Counted from the first letter of the stretch, positions 49,475 to 62,600 are shown. The stretch: 64,000 bases of DNA from Balanoglossus misakiensis (GCA_040954595.2 CM082584.2:2201344-2265343), one strand, 5' to 3'. Notes: generated by a model not told the origin, from the letters alone. Numbers and translations are program-made.

Positions 49475-52120
49475 TATTCTTGTGTCAATTCTTCGGCCAA
49501 CGAGATCTCTGAAACTACTGCAGGTACACTTCTCAAACTTGCTACAGTGGTCAAGGTCAATGAGTAGATGTGCAGTGACTTGTGAATACTTAATTAGTCA
49601 CGTGACCTGGCGGCCATATTGGATTTTCTGAAAAAATGCAAATCTCAGATCTCAGAAACTACAAGTCAGATCGACTTCAAATTTGGCATGCAGGTAGAGT
49701 ACCTTCTACCCATCATTTTTGTAATTGGAAATTTTGCTGTCAATGTTGCAGTTTTTTTGCTACAATTTTTTTTCTGAAATCTGGCTTAAATTTCAAAAAT
49801 CTTCTTCTCCAGAACCGGTGATAACCGAGACACGGGGTTTGGGGTATGTGGTCACCTAACTAATGTCTATCAAGTTTGCGTAGATCATTGTGATTGGTCG
49901 AAGTTTATGGCGGCCATTTTGGATTTTCGAAAAACCATAGTTAAACTCCAAAAATCTTCTTCTCCAGAACGGGAGATGACTGAGTTGCAAGATTCGGGGA
50001 GTATGGTCACTACACTGATGTCTATCAAGTTTGCAAAGAGCATTGTGATTGGTCGAAGATTATGGCGGCCATATTGGATTTTGTAAAAAGCAGTGAAAAA
50101 TTGAAATTCCTTTTTCTAGTCTAAAAATTGATAGCATACAAATTCTTTTTATGGATATCAATCGTCATGTGACGAAAAATATATTACAATTTTTTGGCGA
50201 TTTTTCACATGACCTTTGACCTACTTATCACGCATTATTATTTCTGCATATCTAATTCCAGGCTAACCTATAGGGCTAGACGATTGGTTTTTGATGAATG
50301 TGGATTAGTGTGTGATCAAAATATTTTGCTACTTTTCATGACCCCTTTGACCTCAGCTGACCTCATTAATTATGTGCATAGCTAATAACAGGCGAACCAA
50401 TACAGCTAGAGGTTTGGTTTTTGTTGGACATGGACCAGTATGGGATCAAAATTTTTTGCCCAAATGTTGGGTGCCCTCTGGTGACCTTTGACCTACTTTC
50501 GCATATCTCAGCATCCAGAGCAGATACAGCCATGGCATTTGGTAGAATGGGACCAAAATGTAAAGCCACATTTTTGGGTCACCTGTAACATCTGCTGACC
50601 TCATTAAATATGCACATACCTAATTACAGGCGAACCAATAGAGCTAGAGTTTTGGTTTTTGTTGGACATGGACCAGTATGGGTAAAAAAAATTGCCCAAA
50701 TTGTGGGTGACCTCAGGTGACCTTTGACCTACTTCACCCTATTTCAGCAGCAAAAATACACACATCCTTGTTATGTCATGAGATAATACATCCGATAAAA
50801 AATTCTGTTTCTTCTCATTCATACTGTGCATATATAATTCAAGATCAGCGCTTGGGCCCGACAATGCTGCTCGCAGCTTTAATTAGGGGCACAAGCCTAT
50901 CGGGCTTGTGCCCCTATTGGTATTGTTGGAATTTTTCTTTATTCTTCTTCTTCTTCTTCCCCAAAATTCGGCCAGGTAGATCTGGAAAACCGCAGCACCT
51001 AGGGGGCTGAAACTTGGTAGGGTGATAGGGGCCAATGAGTAGATGTGCAGTGGCTCGTGAATATTTAATTAGTCACGTGACCTGGCGGCCATATTGGATT
51101 TCCTGAAAATCGTTAAACGAGTCCTTCTCAAAAACTACTGGGCCGATCGAGTTCAAATTTGGTGTGCAGGTAGCCTACCTTCTGTCCATCATTTTACCCC
51201 ATTGAAATCATGACGTCACACATAAAGTTTTTTTGCTACAATGGTTTTTCTGAAAAACTACTTAAAACTTTAAAAATCTTCTTCTCCAGAACCAGCGATT
51301 GCCGAGTAACGGGATTTGGGGCATGTGGTCACCTAACCTATGTCTATCAAGTTTGCGAAGCGCACTGTGATTGGTCGATCATTATGGCGGCCATGTTGGA
51401 TTTTCGGAAAACCTTTGAAAAATGAAAATTCCGTTTTGTAGCCAAAATATTGACAGCACGGAAATTCTTTTTTTGGATATGAGTCATCATATGACCGGAA
51501 GTTGTCACAATTTTTCGGGGCAATTTTCACATAACCTTTGACCCAGTTTTAAAACAACTAATTATATATGCATATTCCCCATGCCTCCTCTTGTCAAAGC
51601 ACCACAGTCATGAATTTTGTGGACATGGGTACCAATGCTGCCAGGACATGGCACAAATATTTTGGTAATTTTGGCAATGACCCTTGACCTATTTCTGAAA
51701 CATCATTTTTCTGCATATCTAATTCCAGGCTAACCAATAGGGCTAGAGGTCTGGTTTTAGTTGGACATGGCCCACGCTGGGGTCAAAATTTTATGCCCAA
51801 ATTTTGGGTGACCTTGGATGACCTTTGATCTACTTTCCCATATCTCAGCATCCACAGCAGTTAGAGTCCTGGCTTTTGGGGGGCAGATGGAGCACATATG
51901 GAATCTTACACAAGACCTCATTAATTATGCGCATACCTAATTCTAGGCGAACCAATAGAGCTAGGGGTCTTGTTTTTGTTGGACCTAGACTTGTATGGGG
52001 TCCGATTTTTTTGCTTAAATTTGGGGTGACCTCAGGTGACCTTTGACCTACTTTCCCATATCTTGGTATCCCCAGCAGATACAGCCTTGGCATTTGCTGG
52101 TCACCATGGGAACCGCTTGT
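28113..52120 (-). mobile_element. ~24 kb same-orientation array of 17 non-autonomous Helentron bodies from 4 subfamilies, with 14 terminal hairpins
   Basis: Unit ends (GCAGCTTTAAT/GCAGCTATAT) at about 29667, 31091, 32647, 34083, 35515, 36936, 38387, 39606, 40878, 42321, 43746, 45224, 46440, 47904, 49443 and 50883; the last unit is truncated at 52120. GC-rich hairpins at about 28113, 28176, 28230, 31093, 31160, 36937, 39607, 39663, 39717, 43747, 46441, 47905, 47959 and 50884. (TTTC)n/(TTC)n tracts and ~120-bp and ~240-bp internal subrepeats. Counts made by eye. Confidence 0.9.
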
Positions 52121-54900
52121 ATTTGGTGTGTAGTACACATGACCTCTGCCCTACAAAGTTTGACAATAAAATCCTGAGCGGTCACGTGACATGGCCGCCA
52201 TATTGAATTTTCTAACAAACTCATGAAATCTTCAAAAATCTTCTTCTCCAGAACCCTCAACTACCGAGTCACAGGATTTGGCGTATGTGTTCACCTAACC
52301 CATGTCTATCAAGTTTACGAAGCACACTGTGATTGGTTGATCATTATGGCGGCCATATTGGATTTTCTGAAACCCAATGAAAAATGAAAATTCCGATTTC
52401 TAGCCTAAATATTGACAGCACAGACATTCTTTTCATGGAAATGAGTCATCATATAACCGGAACTTGTCACAATTTTGGGGGGCAATTTTCACATGACCTT
52501 TGACCCAGTTTAAAAAAACTGAATTATACATGCAAATGCCTGAAACCTCCTTAGTTGTAAAAGTACCACAGTCGTGAAATTTGTGCACATGGGTACAACC
52601 GCTGCCAGGACATGACACAAATATTTTGGTATTTTTGGCAATGACCTTTGACCTATTTCTAATACATCATTTTTCTGCATATCTAATTCCAGGATAACCA
52701 ATAGGGCTGGAGGTTTGGTTTTTGTTGGACATAGACCATTCTGGGGTAAACGTTTTACGCCCAAATTTTGGGTGACCTCAGGTGACCTTTGACCTACTTT
52801 CTATATCTTGGTATCCACAGCAGATACAGCTATGGTATTCGCTGGTTACCTCAGGAGACCTTTGACCTTCTCTCCCATATCACAGCATCCAGAGCACATA
52901 GAGCCTTGGCATTAAGGATGAATTGAACACATAATGGAGTCTTACATCTGACCTCATTTATCAGCACATATCTAATTAAAGGCTAAATAGTAGGGTTATA
53001 GGTACTTTTTTGCTGGACATGGACCAATATGGGGTCACACACAAAATTGCGCCAACATTTTGGGTGACCTTTGCTGACCTTTGTCTGACTTTCTCATATC
53101 TTGGCATCGACAGCAGATAGAGCCTTGGCAATTGAAGGGATTCCACACCTAATGAAGTCTAACACTTTGACTCATTAATTGTGTAAAAAATAAAACAGTT
53201 CTTTATTTTTCATTGTTGTATTTTGGGGGTTTATTTGAATTTGGCTCCAGGCCCATAGAAAATATATATAAATACATGACCCCAATACACACAATGCTTA
53301 CAATAAAATAATCAGTATAAAATATTCCTCCAGTGTCTACACAGTAGACACTCTATATATGTACAGGCATAGATCTTCTTAATATATAGATTATCAGAGG
53401 TACATAGGACTAGCTGGATGTGCGAATGTGATGAATACAACAGGTTGGTAGGTCTACACAGATTGCAATGTTGCTGAAGTGGCATCCCCTGTATAATGGA
53501 CTTGCTGAAGAGTGAACAGTTCCTAGTTTTTCTGGAGTGGTCATCTAGTAGTGAATAGATTGGAGTGACACAGAAAACTAGTAGAGTTCAGTCTTGTAGG
53601 CACTCCCAGTGAGTTGTGAAAGTCTACTGACAAATCCCACTGAAAGCTAGCCAGAATTGATTTGACTGCTTGAAGTGTGTATTTAAATTTCTAGTATTTG
53701 CACTTAAGTTCATCAGACTACTAGGTCATCAACTTCACCTAAGTAGTAAATACCAGGTGTAAATTAACATATCAATATACAAATGGAAAGAACCCAGTCA
53801 TTTCAACTGACATGAAATCTTATGTAATCATTATGCTGACATCAGTAGTGCACTACACTGGACCTTCTGGAAAATGTTCAACATATATAAATATCTCCTG
53901 ACACTATAAAAGTAAATCATGGTTTGGTGATGACAGGTGACATATTCTGGAAAACAATTCTTACTCTGATTCGAGTGTGCTTATCATTAGATAGCCCATT
54001 GTTAGCTCTCTGTTCAGTAACAACAAAGACCAAGATCTGTATAGTTACTACCAGGTTAGAGTTACATAAATGTTAAAGCCATAATTGTTGAACACACTTG
54101 TCACTCAATACATATGGTATTCTAAGTACATGTATAGGCTAGTGCAGGTCATGAATATAAATCAACTCTTGACAATAATAGCATATGGAATAAGACATTT
54201 AAAACTGATAATAATTCCTGAATTAAAGCGATAGTTAAGGTATTTCAGTGTACAGTGTTTGCTTTATACACAGTGGTTCAGTTATTGCTACTGCATGCTA
54301 CAGCATGTTGTTCTACATATATATCAATGATGATTCACAGAATACAAGTCTGAATACCAGATATTAAGGATAATTTCAGGATTGCCATTTCCAGGATGTT
54401 TTTCTTGGTGCATGTATTCCTAAAAATTGAATCTTTCATGGGCAATTGTATTGTTTTGTGAAAGCAAACCTTATGCACTCAAACATACTATATTAAATTC
54501 GCTTCACAAATGTCTGTAAATGAATTTAACTTCAGTGTATAAAGTCATTCGTGACAGCCTGACAGACGCAATGGTAGACTGTGGTATTATATGTAGTCAC
54601 CAAGTAGATAACATATGGAAAATGGAGAAAAAATTGATTTCAAAAATTTCAACATGGCATTAAACATTTATAAACCTAGGCTACCCTGGTGCTAATGTTT
54701 TACCAATTATAAATCAAACTATGTGTTTAACACATTTACCCCAATGGTACTTTACATACAGTGAGATAAAACATCCATTTATAATATTCAATCATGTAAT
54801 CATAGTTAAATTAAACTTCTTCTTACGGAATTTCCAATGCACCATTTACCAATTTCCATTTCATTGTCAGCAGAATGAAAATGACCTGGTAAATGACTAA

Positions 54901-55250
54901 TCAAATCAATCAATCAATCAAAACAAACATTTATATAGTGCCAGAATCAATAACAATGTTATTTCCAAAGGCGCTGAAAGTATAACATCAGTGTTCGTAG
55001 GCTTTGAGAAATAGAAATGTCTTGAGTTTTTGTTTGAAAATGTTGAGACTAGAAGCCTGTTGAATGTCAGATGGCAGAGAATTCCAAAGTTGTGGCGCGA
55101 CAACGGAAAAGGCACGTCCACCATATGTTTTGAGTCTGTACTTTGGTACACACAACTGGTTCCTTGAGCTGGAGCGCAGAGCACGACTAGGCTTATATGG
55201 CTTGATCAGATCCTGAATGTAGACTGGGGCAAGACGGTTGAGAGCCTTGT
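54901..55250 (-). mobile_element. 5'-truncated L2 LINE with possible 5-bp TSD
   Basis: Minus frame KALNRLAPVYIQDLI...LRSS...TYGGRAFSVVAPQLWNSLP...FKQKLKTFLF. (TTGA)n tail. ACTAA at 54896-54900 and 55251-55255. Confidence 0.88.
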
Positions 55251-55588
55251 ACTAAGATCTGTATAAAGATTTAATATTTGCAATTTTTACACATTTGTCA
55301 TTATTAACTTGAAATTTACAATGGATTCTTTAAATAAGCCTAGAAATGTTTGTTTATTTGGCCTTACTGATGGGTATTACACAATACATAGTGTGAACCT
55401 CTCATTAAGGCTGCATAATAAATATGACTAACTTGAATCATAAACAGATGCTACATCCATCTATTCTGCAGTCCTCCATTGTAAGAGTACACACTCATTC
55501 TAGTATGCACATGGATATTGAAATCTGCATATATTCAAAATGTTGTTGTCTGTATACTTAGGATCAGATGCTGCTCCAAATATGTAAG

Positions 55589-55733
55589 CAGTGTTCTCCC
55601 CAGAGCAATTACAGCATGGTGGCCAACAATCTTTAATTTTGAGAAGACAATATAACTTAATTAACATAACAATTGATTATATAGTTATGTAAATTCTCAA
55701 CCAGGCTTTCTAAAAATTCTGTGGAGAACACTG
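55589..55733. mobile_element. 145-bp MITE with CAG-starting TIR and 6-bp TSD
   Basis: CAGTGTTCTCCCCAGA / TCTGTGGAGAACACTG (15/16 match). TGTAAG at 55583-55588 and 55734-55739. Confidence 0.75.
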
Positions 55734-56635
55734 TGTAAGCAGTTAAATGCAAAATAGGTTATTGAGACTGTTATTACTGACTTTTGATACCATGTCTGCT
55801 AATTACAGTGACAAAGTGTCAGGTTGAAATTATGACATACATGTACATTCACGTAGGACTAACAACTGTGAGTTTTGATGAAATCAGGTGAAATACATTT
55901 AAATTGACAGTTCTTGAATAAATAAAATTATCAAAAAATGACAATCAGGTGCATACGGTATAATGGATAACATCACAATAACATGGTCACATGCAGTGTG
56001 AACACAAGATTTTTGGTATATTTACGTAAAAGTCACATGCATCAAAAATCATAAATGGCCATGCCACCACTGATGTCTTTTTTTGTAGCACATTATAAAT
56101 TGTTGTGCTTAATACATCAATAAGCAGGTATGTCTGCACAATGACCTACAACATTATAATATCATGATCCATGTAAATGATTGCATGTGAACCATGTCAT
56201 TTCAATAAATCACTACAGCCATGTCAAACAAATGGCTCTGAAATGATAGACAATCAAATACATTAGTCTCCCATCACACTAAAACAGTAACAGTTTGATA
56301 TCAAATGTGACAATTAGCACCAGGGTAACCTAACAGTAACATATTAATTTGTTTACACCCCCCCCCCCCACCCAACAATCTCCCAATGGGGACCCGTAAG
56401 TCTCAAACCCCATTATCCCTCCCTCTTACCAGTTGTATGTAACACGGGTTTTAATTAATATGCATAATGCCTCAATGATGTTAATTTCAACACAGTTACA
56501 TATTTTGCATAGTTGTATCAAATTCATTATATGATTTTGACAGAGGCGGGTGATTGAATTCAAATCCATTCTCTGGTATCTCACATTGTATTTGCTTCTC
56601 AGATAACCATGTTACACATATTACAATGATGTGTT

Positions 56636-59600
56636 TCAATAGATCTTAATGCTGATGGCTTCATGAAAACTGAAGTACTTTGGCACAATGTCAACTTCCA
56701 CCTTTCCTGCTCCTTTCACATACACATGGTCAATCAATGTACCAGCTTCTGTGGTTGGTTTGCTCACGTGTTGTTTGAAACCATGGTCTTGCATGAGTTT
56801 TACAAGAGATGACAAGGTTAAAATATTTTCATTGAAATCACCCATGATTACTGTAGCACCTGAATACTTTGACATTTCCTTCACCAACAGAAGTAGGTTT
56901 TTCCTGAATGCGACTGCTTTATAGGATGATGGTCTGTAAATTATTGCTACCACCGTATTGATATCTTTGACATAAAATGTCAGATATTCCAAATTAATAA
57001 CAGGCAAATCCAAAATTTCAACAGATTGACTTCCTTTGACGTAGACGCCAACACCACCATGATGTTGCAACTGCAACTGTGAAGTATTCATATCAAAGTT
57101 GTTATACGATTTTGAGCGAGGTTTGTGACTGAATTCAAATCCATTCACTATTACATCACATTTTGTTTGGTTCTCAGTTAGCCATGTTTCTGTCAAACAA
57201 ATAAAGTCTGACTCCAAGTATTCCTTGCCACTACGAATATCTTCCATGTGGTTCAGAAGACCTTCAACATTATGAAGTATAAAAGAGCATCTATAGTTTG
57301 GCTGTAATTGCTCAAAGTACCCATCAACAAACTTTGGCATCATTTCCAAGGCTGCTTGAACCTTTTCATTGCAATATATAGAAGATGTCTTAAATTCATC
57401 AATTATTAGCCCATCTAATGATGTCACTCGACTCAATGCAACATATGCCTGTCCTGGTGCAAACATCTTCTTTAAACTGACCACAGCTTTTTCAACTGTT
57501 AATCCCTGTACCTTATGCACTGTACATGCCCATGCTAGTTTCAGAGGAAACTGTCTTCTAATACCACCATTACTTGCAACAGACATTTCCTGAGGTTCTA
57601 TACGGGTGGTGTTTTCAGGAAGGTCAGATATATTTACACGGTTCTTGTTTCGCAATCCTTGGCCAACTTTCACTTTGTCAAATACAACATAAACAGCAGT
57701 TGGAAATATTTCATTTGGTTTCACACAAATGTGACATACTGATCCAAATACACCATTCACCAATCCATCAGAGACATCAATATTTTGTGTCAGTTGCACT
57801 CGTGCACCCTTAGCTAGAGTGAGAGTCTTTGGTAAAGTGGTCCTATAGACCTTGGCATGATGGCCTTCCTTTCTTTGGAGTTTCCCAGTCTTAGTATTCT
57901 TACTAAAATCTTGTGCTTCAATACATACAGGATCAGAGCACAAGGAATGCAGCATTGTTATATTGCAATTGTTAACTTCTGCATTTGTAGCAAAGATGTG
58001 AATTGCCTCAGATGCTTCACCAGTCACACGGTTATTGAACATTTCTAGATCATTTGCACTCAGTGTGTGCCCTTTCTTGTGAACTCTTACTCGATTTAGT
58101 GCCTCTGCAAATGCACAGTCCTTTTGTCTCATAATTTCAGTGAGTTCCACAATTTTGAAATTATTCCACATATTGATGGCATCATTTTCCACACACAGTG
58201 GACTTGCTTTCACAGGTGGCAGCTGATAAAAGTCACCCACAGCAATAACACACACATTTCCAAATGGTGAACCACTTGGTGTTTGTTTGATTTGTCGTAA
58301 TCGTCCATGTACATAGTGAAACAATTTTCTGTCTACCATAGAAATCTCATCTATTATTAAAATCTGAAGATTTCCCAATTTGGAACGAAGAGTGTTGAGT
58401 TTTTCTTCACGTAGTGGCTCATATGGTAGTTTTGAGTCTACTGCTATTGAAAATGCATGATGGAGGGTTTCACCTCCTACATTAAATGCTGCAACTCCAG
58501 TTGAGGCTGTTACCTGTATTGATTTTTCATCTGGATTAGCCATGACACGAGATAGAATTCGTTTGGCTTCATGATATATGGTTTTGATCAAATGGCTTTT
58601 CCCTGTGCCAGCACCACCACTGACAAACAAATAAAAAGATTCTGGGTTCTTGCCATTGCTTTTATCCAGACACCACTGTCTGACACTATAAAAGACTTCT
58701 GCCTGTTTCCTGTTCAGTGACCTACACATTGCTTGAACATCAGCCCTCCTTACTTCAGAGGTAGAAATTTCTATGTGGCAATCACCTTTTGGTTTGTGCA
58801 CCAAATCTGGAATATCCTCCTCATTTACATCATCATCATCAGGCAATTGTTGACGTTCATCAATGCATTCTAATCTGTCTATTTCACTTTCTGGACAGAT
58901 TTGGGCCCATGCGTCCTCCAGAGGACCACTTCCTTCAAGGAGCTCTTCAGCTAAATCAACGGCATCAGCCTCTTTCTCAAACATTGCTTTATTTGCATCT
59001 ACTATGACTTTCACTGTTTGTAAAGAAGCAGATCCACACTTCACTGCACCCGCAGAATAGAAATTTTCATATGTTTCAAAACCATTTGGTTTCAATTGGG
59101 AATCAACCCAGTGTGGCAAGAAGAGTTCTAACATAGTGCGATAATACTTTTCTGGAAATTTGGTCACAGAAAATCTTGCATATCTAATGACAGCTGGATC
59201 AGTTCGAGATCTTTTTTGCATGTAACCTGCACCATTTTTCAACTTGACTATTGGATTTGCACGTTTCTCAGTGGTGGTATTTGTCACTTCTGATTTTGAC
59301 ACTATTCGATATTCTGAACAAAAAGTCGCAAGACACATGTCATCAAACTCGTCATCATTTGGTCTGTTCTTGTATCTGTCTACAATGCTATTGTACCAGA
59401 TATCATCCTCATTCAAATCATCTCCAGTCATTTTGCTACGTATTACACTCAATGGCAAACTCATTTTGATAGGGGTTTCTCCAGTTGGAATAAACTGGAC
59501 TTTTCGAGATGATTGTTTCAGTTTCAATCCACACAGTCTATATACAGCCTCCTGGGCACTCACTTCTCTGTTGTGCAGATAAACACTGCCTAATTGTTTC

Positions 59601-62600
59601 AGTGCAGATTTCGCATCCATATTTCCTTCTTTGTTAGCTTCTCTCTGTGCATTTTCCAGAAGTAAACCCATTTCTCTCTCTGCCTTAGAGATGTATGACA
59701 CAATGTACACAACACAGGCATAAGCATCAACAACAAACTGAATGTCCATGTTTGCATTCCAGCAACGAAGCAGGTTAGAATTGTATTGGTTTACCCAAAC
59801 ATCATTTGGTTCACGCTTTAATACTACACTAGTCTTCCTTGCCAAAATTGCATGTGCTTTCTCAAACATCTCCTGAGAAATGCTGACTTCATTAAACAGT
59901 GCATCAACAGAATCAATCTGTTTCTCTTTGTCATGCAGGCATGTCCACACTTTTTCTAGAATATTCCTAGCAGCCATCTGGCTCATCACATTATCAATTA
60001 ACTGAGTCGTGTCACTTTGACATTTCTCTTCCAGTGTTTCTTTATCGTCATCAAGGTTTGACTTCTCACCTTCACCTGTCATTTCTATATCTATATCAGG
60101 ACGGCATATAAACGTTTTCTTTGATGGTGGTCGTGGAAAGTTGAATCTGCATCTAGTGCCCTTTTTCTTGCAAGATTTGGAGTGTCTTGAGCTGTGTTTC
60201 TGAACTTTATTCACAATCTCTTGCAATTCCTCATCCTCCTCAACAGAAGGCATTTGACATGTTACATATCTGTCAACAAAATCAACTACATCTTCATCAG
60301 TATCTCTATCAACCTTTGGTGCATTTTCAACCCAAAATAGGCAGTGAGTATGTGGGGAGCCTCGCTGTTGAAACTCGACTCGATAAAAATAATCTTTGAT
60401 ATTTCCAATAGGATTGGCTGGTGACATGATGACTTCTCTCAGAAAACAATGAAATCTGTGATCAAACATTCTGGCTGCTGTTACAGGATTTCGTCTCAAG
60501 ATAGCACATTTCTCAGACCAATCAAGATCCTCAACATTACGTACATCTCCTTCTCCACGAAGTATAGTTTCAATAACTTCTTTCCACCGTAAGTCGGCAG
60601 CAGAAAATGAGCAAAACCATGTTGGTATACCCAATTGTCTGATCATTGCAAACAGGTCTTTTTGTGTTGCTTGCCAATAAGGAGGAGTTCCTCTTATAGG
60701 TTTTAAAAACTTGTAGCCTTCATCAGACTTCAAAATCTGTTTCAAAGATTCACTGTCACTTAAAACATCAGATGTCACTTTTTGGCCACAAGCATTAGCA
60801 GTTCCTTTCCTCAAAGCAATTGACACATTGGACACAACCTGGTTAATTTCGGACAGATATTGCGCATAAAAGATATAGTCTGTGCTTTTTGAAAATCTGT
60901 TACTTGCATTCATTACACGACCTTGCAGGTATCGTCCTATTGTTATCCTAACCTCTCGGTCATCGTGAAATGTGGGTGACCCACTTGGAAATAACACAGG
61001 AAAGCTCTTAGCTTCATTCAACTTTTCCATCAACAGACTAACAGGTTTATTACCCTCTGCAGGAGCAACACAAGATATATCCTCAAAGTGATAATCAAGA
61101 ATATCCTGACCTATGTCAATTGGTTGGAGGCATGTGTCCATCAATATTCCATTAGTATCTTTGTTGGACACATTGTTATCTTCTGTGTCTGATGACACAT
61201 CATTACCTTCAGTATCTGAAACATTTCCTTTGGTCTTTTCATTGCTTTCATCAGTGCTTTTGGTGTCAGACAATTCTGATTCGCTGTTATTAGTTTCAGC
61301 ATCTTCAGTCTTTTCAAGAGTATTTTCCCAATTCATATTGAATGTTATATCACTGTAATAATGATTATTTGTCTGTAGGTATTCCAAAGCATTCTGAATG
61401 TGTCGTTTGTTTACAAACTGATACTCATAGTAACCTTTATAACTCAGCTTTCGCTTCAATTTGACCCTTATCATCTGATCATCAAACTCGTTTCGAGGCA
61501 AAATATTTGTAGCCTTCTTTATATCAGAAGGGACACACACTACAGGTCCATGAACTCCATTCTGACCACCCTTAGGTAATGCCAACATTTTCATGAATGG
61601 GATATTTAATGCAATTAAATGTTGCTCAAGTGAGTTGAGGCATTTCAATTCAGGAGGAACTGGTGTGACATGAAGGTTATTTGCAACAGCTTGAACTGGC
61701 ATCTCTCCACGTGAAAGCTTTCTGTGGCATGTGTGACAAATCCATAATTTACTAGCTGCACTTTTCTTGAGAAGGCAGTCAGCAATACATGTCGGGGCAC
61801 AATTGTGAACATATTCTTCTGATATACATTTTACAGCAATATCAGATGTATTTCTGTTAGTGCAATATCTATCCTTCTTGCAAATGATTACTTGTTTTCT
61901 GAAAAGTCGACGATGACAAACTGAACATACACAATTTGGACCTTCTGAGGCAGTATTTCTAAAATTAGCAATAACATGTTGAACATTTTGCTTGTCAATG
62001 TCATTCTGTATCATTTGACACCTGCTTCTCTTCAATACATTATCTTTGTAATGAGGGTCATTCTCATATCGTTGAATACTCTGTGTCTTCTTTGATTCAC
62101 GAAAGTTTACGTCTTGGTGATATTTTTGAGATAGTTGTTTGGACATTTCTGCTTTATGTGCTTCCCGAAAATCAGGATTCTGTTCATAATTCACTCTTAC
62201 ACGTGCCTTCTTTGCCTCCCGAACAGTAGGATTTTCTTCGTAATTTAATCTTACACGTGCTTTCTTTGCCTCCCGAAAATCAGGATTTTCTTGGTAATTC
62301 TCTCTTACGTGTGCTTTCTTTGCCTCCCTAAAATCAGGATTTTGTTCATATTTCACTCTGATCTGTGTCTTTTTGGTCTCCCGGTAGTTGGCACTTTGTT
62401 TATATAAATCTTTCATTTTTTGTTTCTTACTTTCTCGGATCTGATGATAATGCTGTCTACTTTTCAACTTTTTCGTCTCTCTATATTGAGTATTACTGTT
62501 ATACAATTCATATTTGGATATTGCCCTGCAGCTCTTTGCAGTAGTCTCAGTACATTCATATTTTTCTTTTCTAATTTTCTTTCGCAATCGTTCACTCATT

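Noticed and set aside
28113-52120. CRISPR-like or integron-cassette interpretation of the hairpin-punctuated array
   Set aside because: Eukaryotic context, the intervening 1.2-1.5 kb segments are homologous to each other rather than unique, no cas or integrase gene is present, and the termini fit Helentrons.
28088-52764. Dozens of recurring 60-200 aa ORFs (MQISDLRNYK..., MAFHYGPIPP..., etc.) that could be read as a tandem gene family
   Set aside because: They are chance frames in repeated non-coding TE units, occur on both strands, vary by frameshifts between copies and show no protein motifs.
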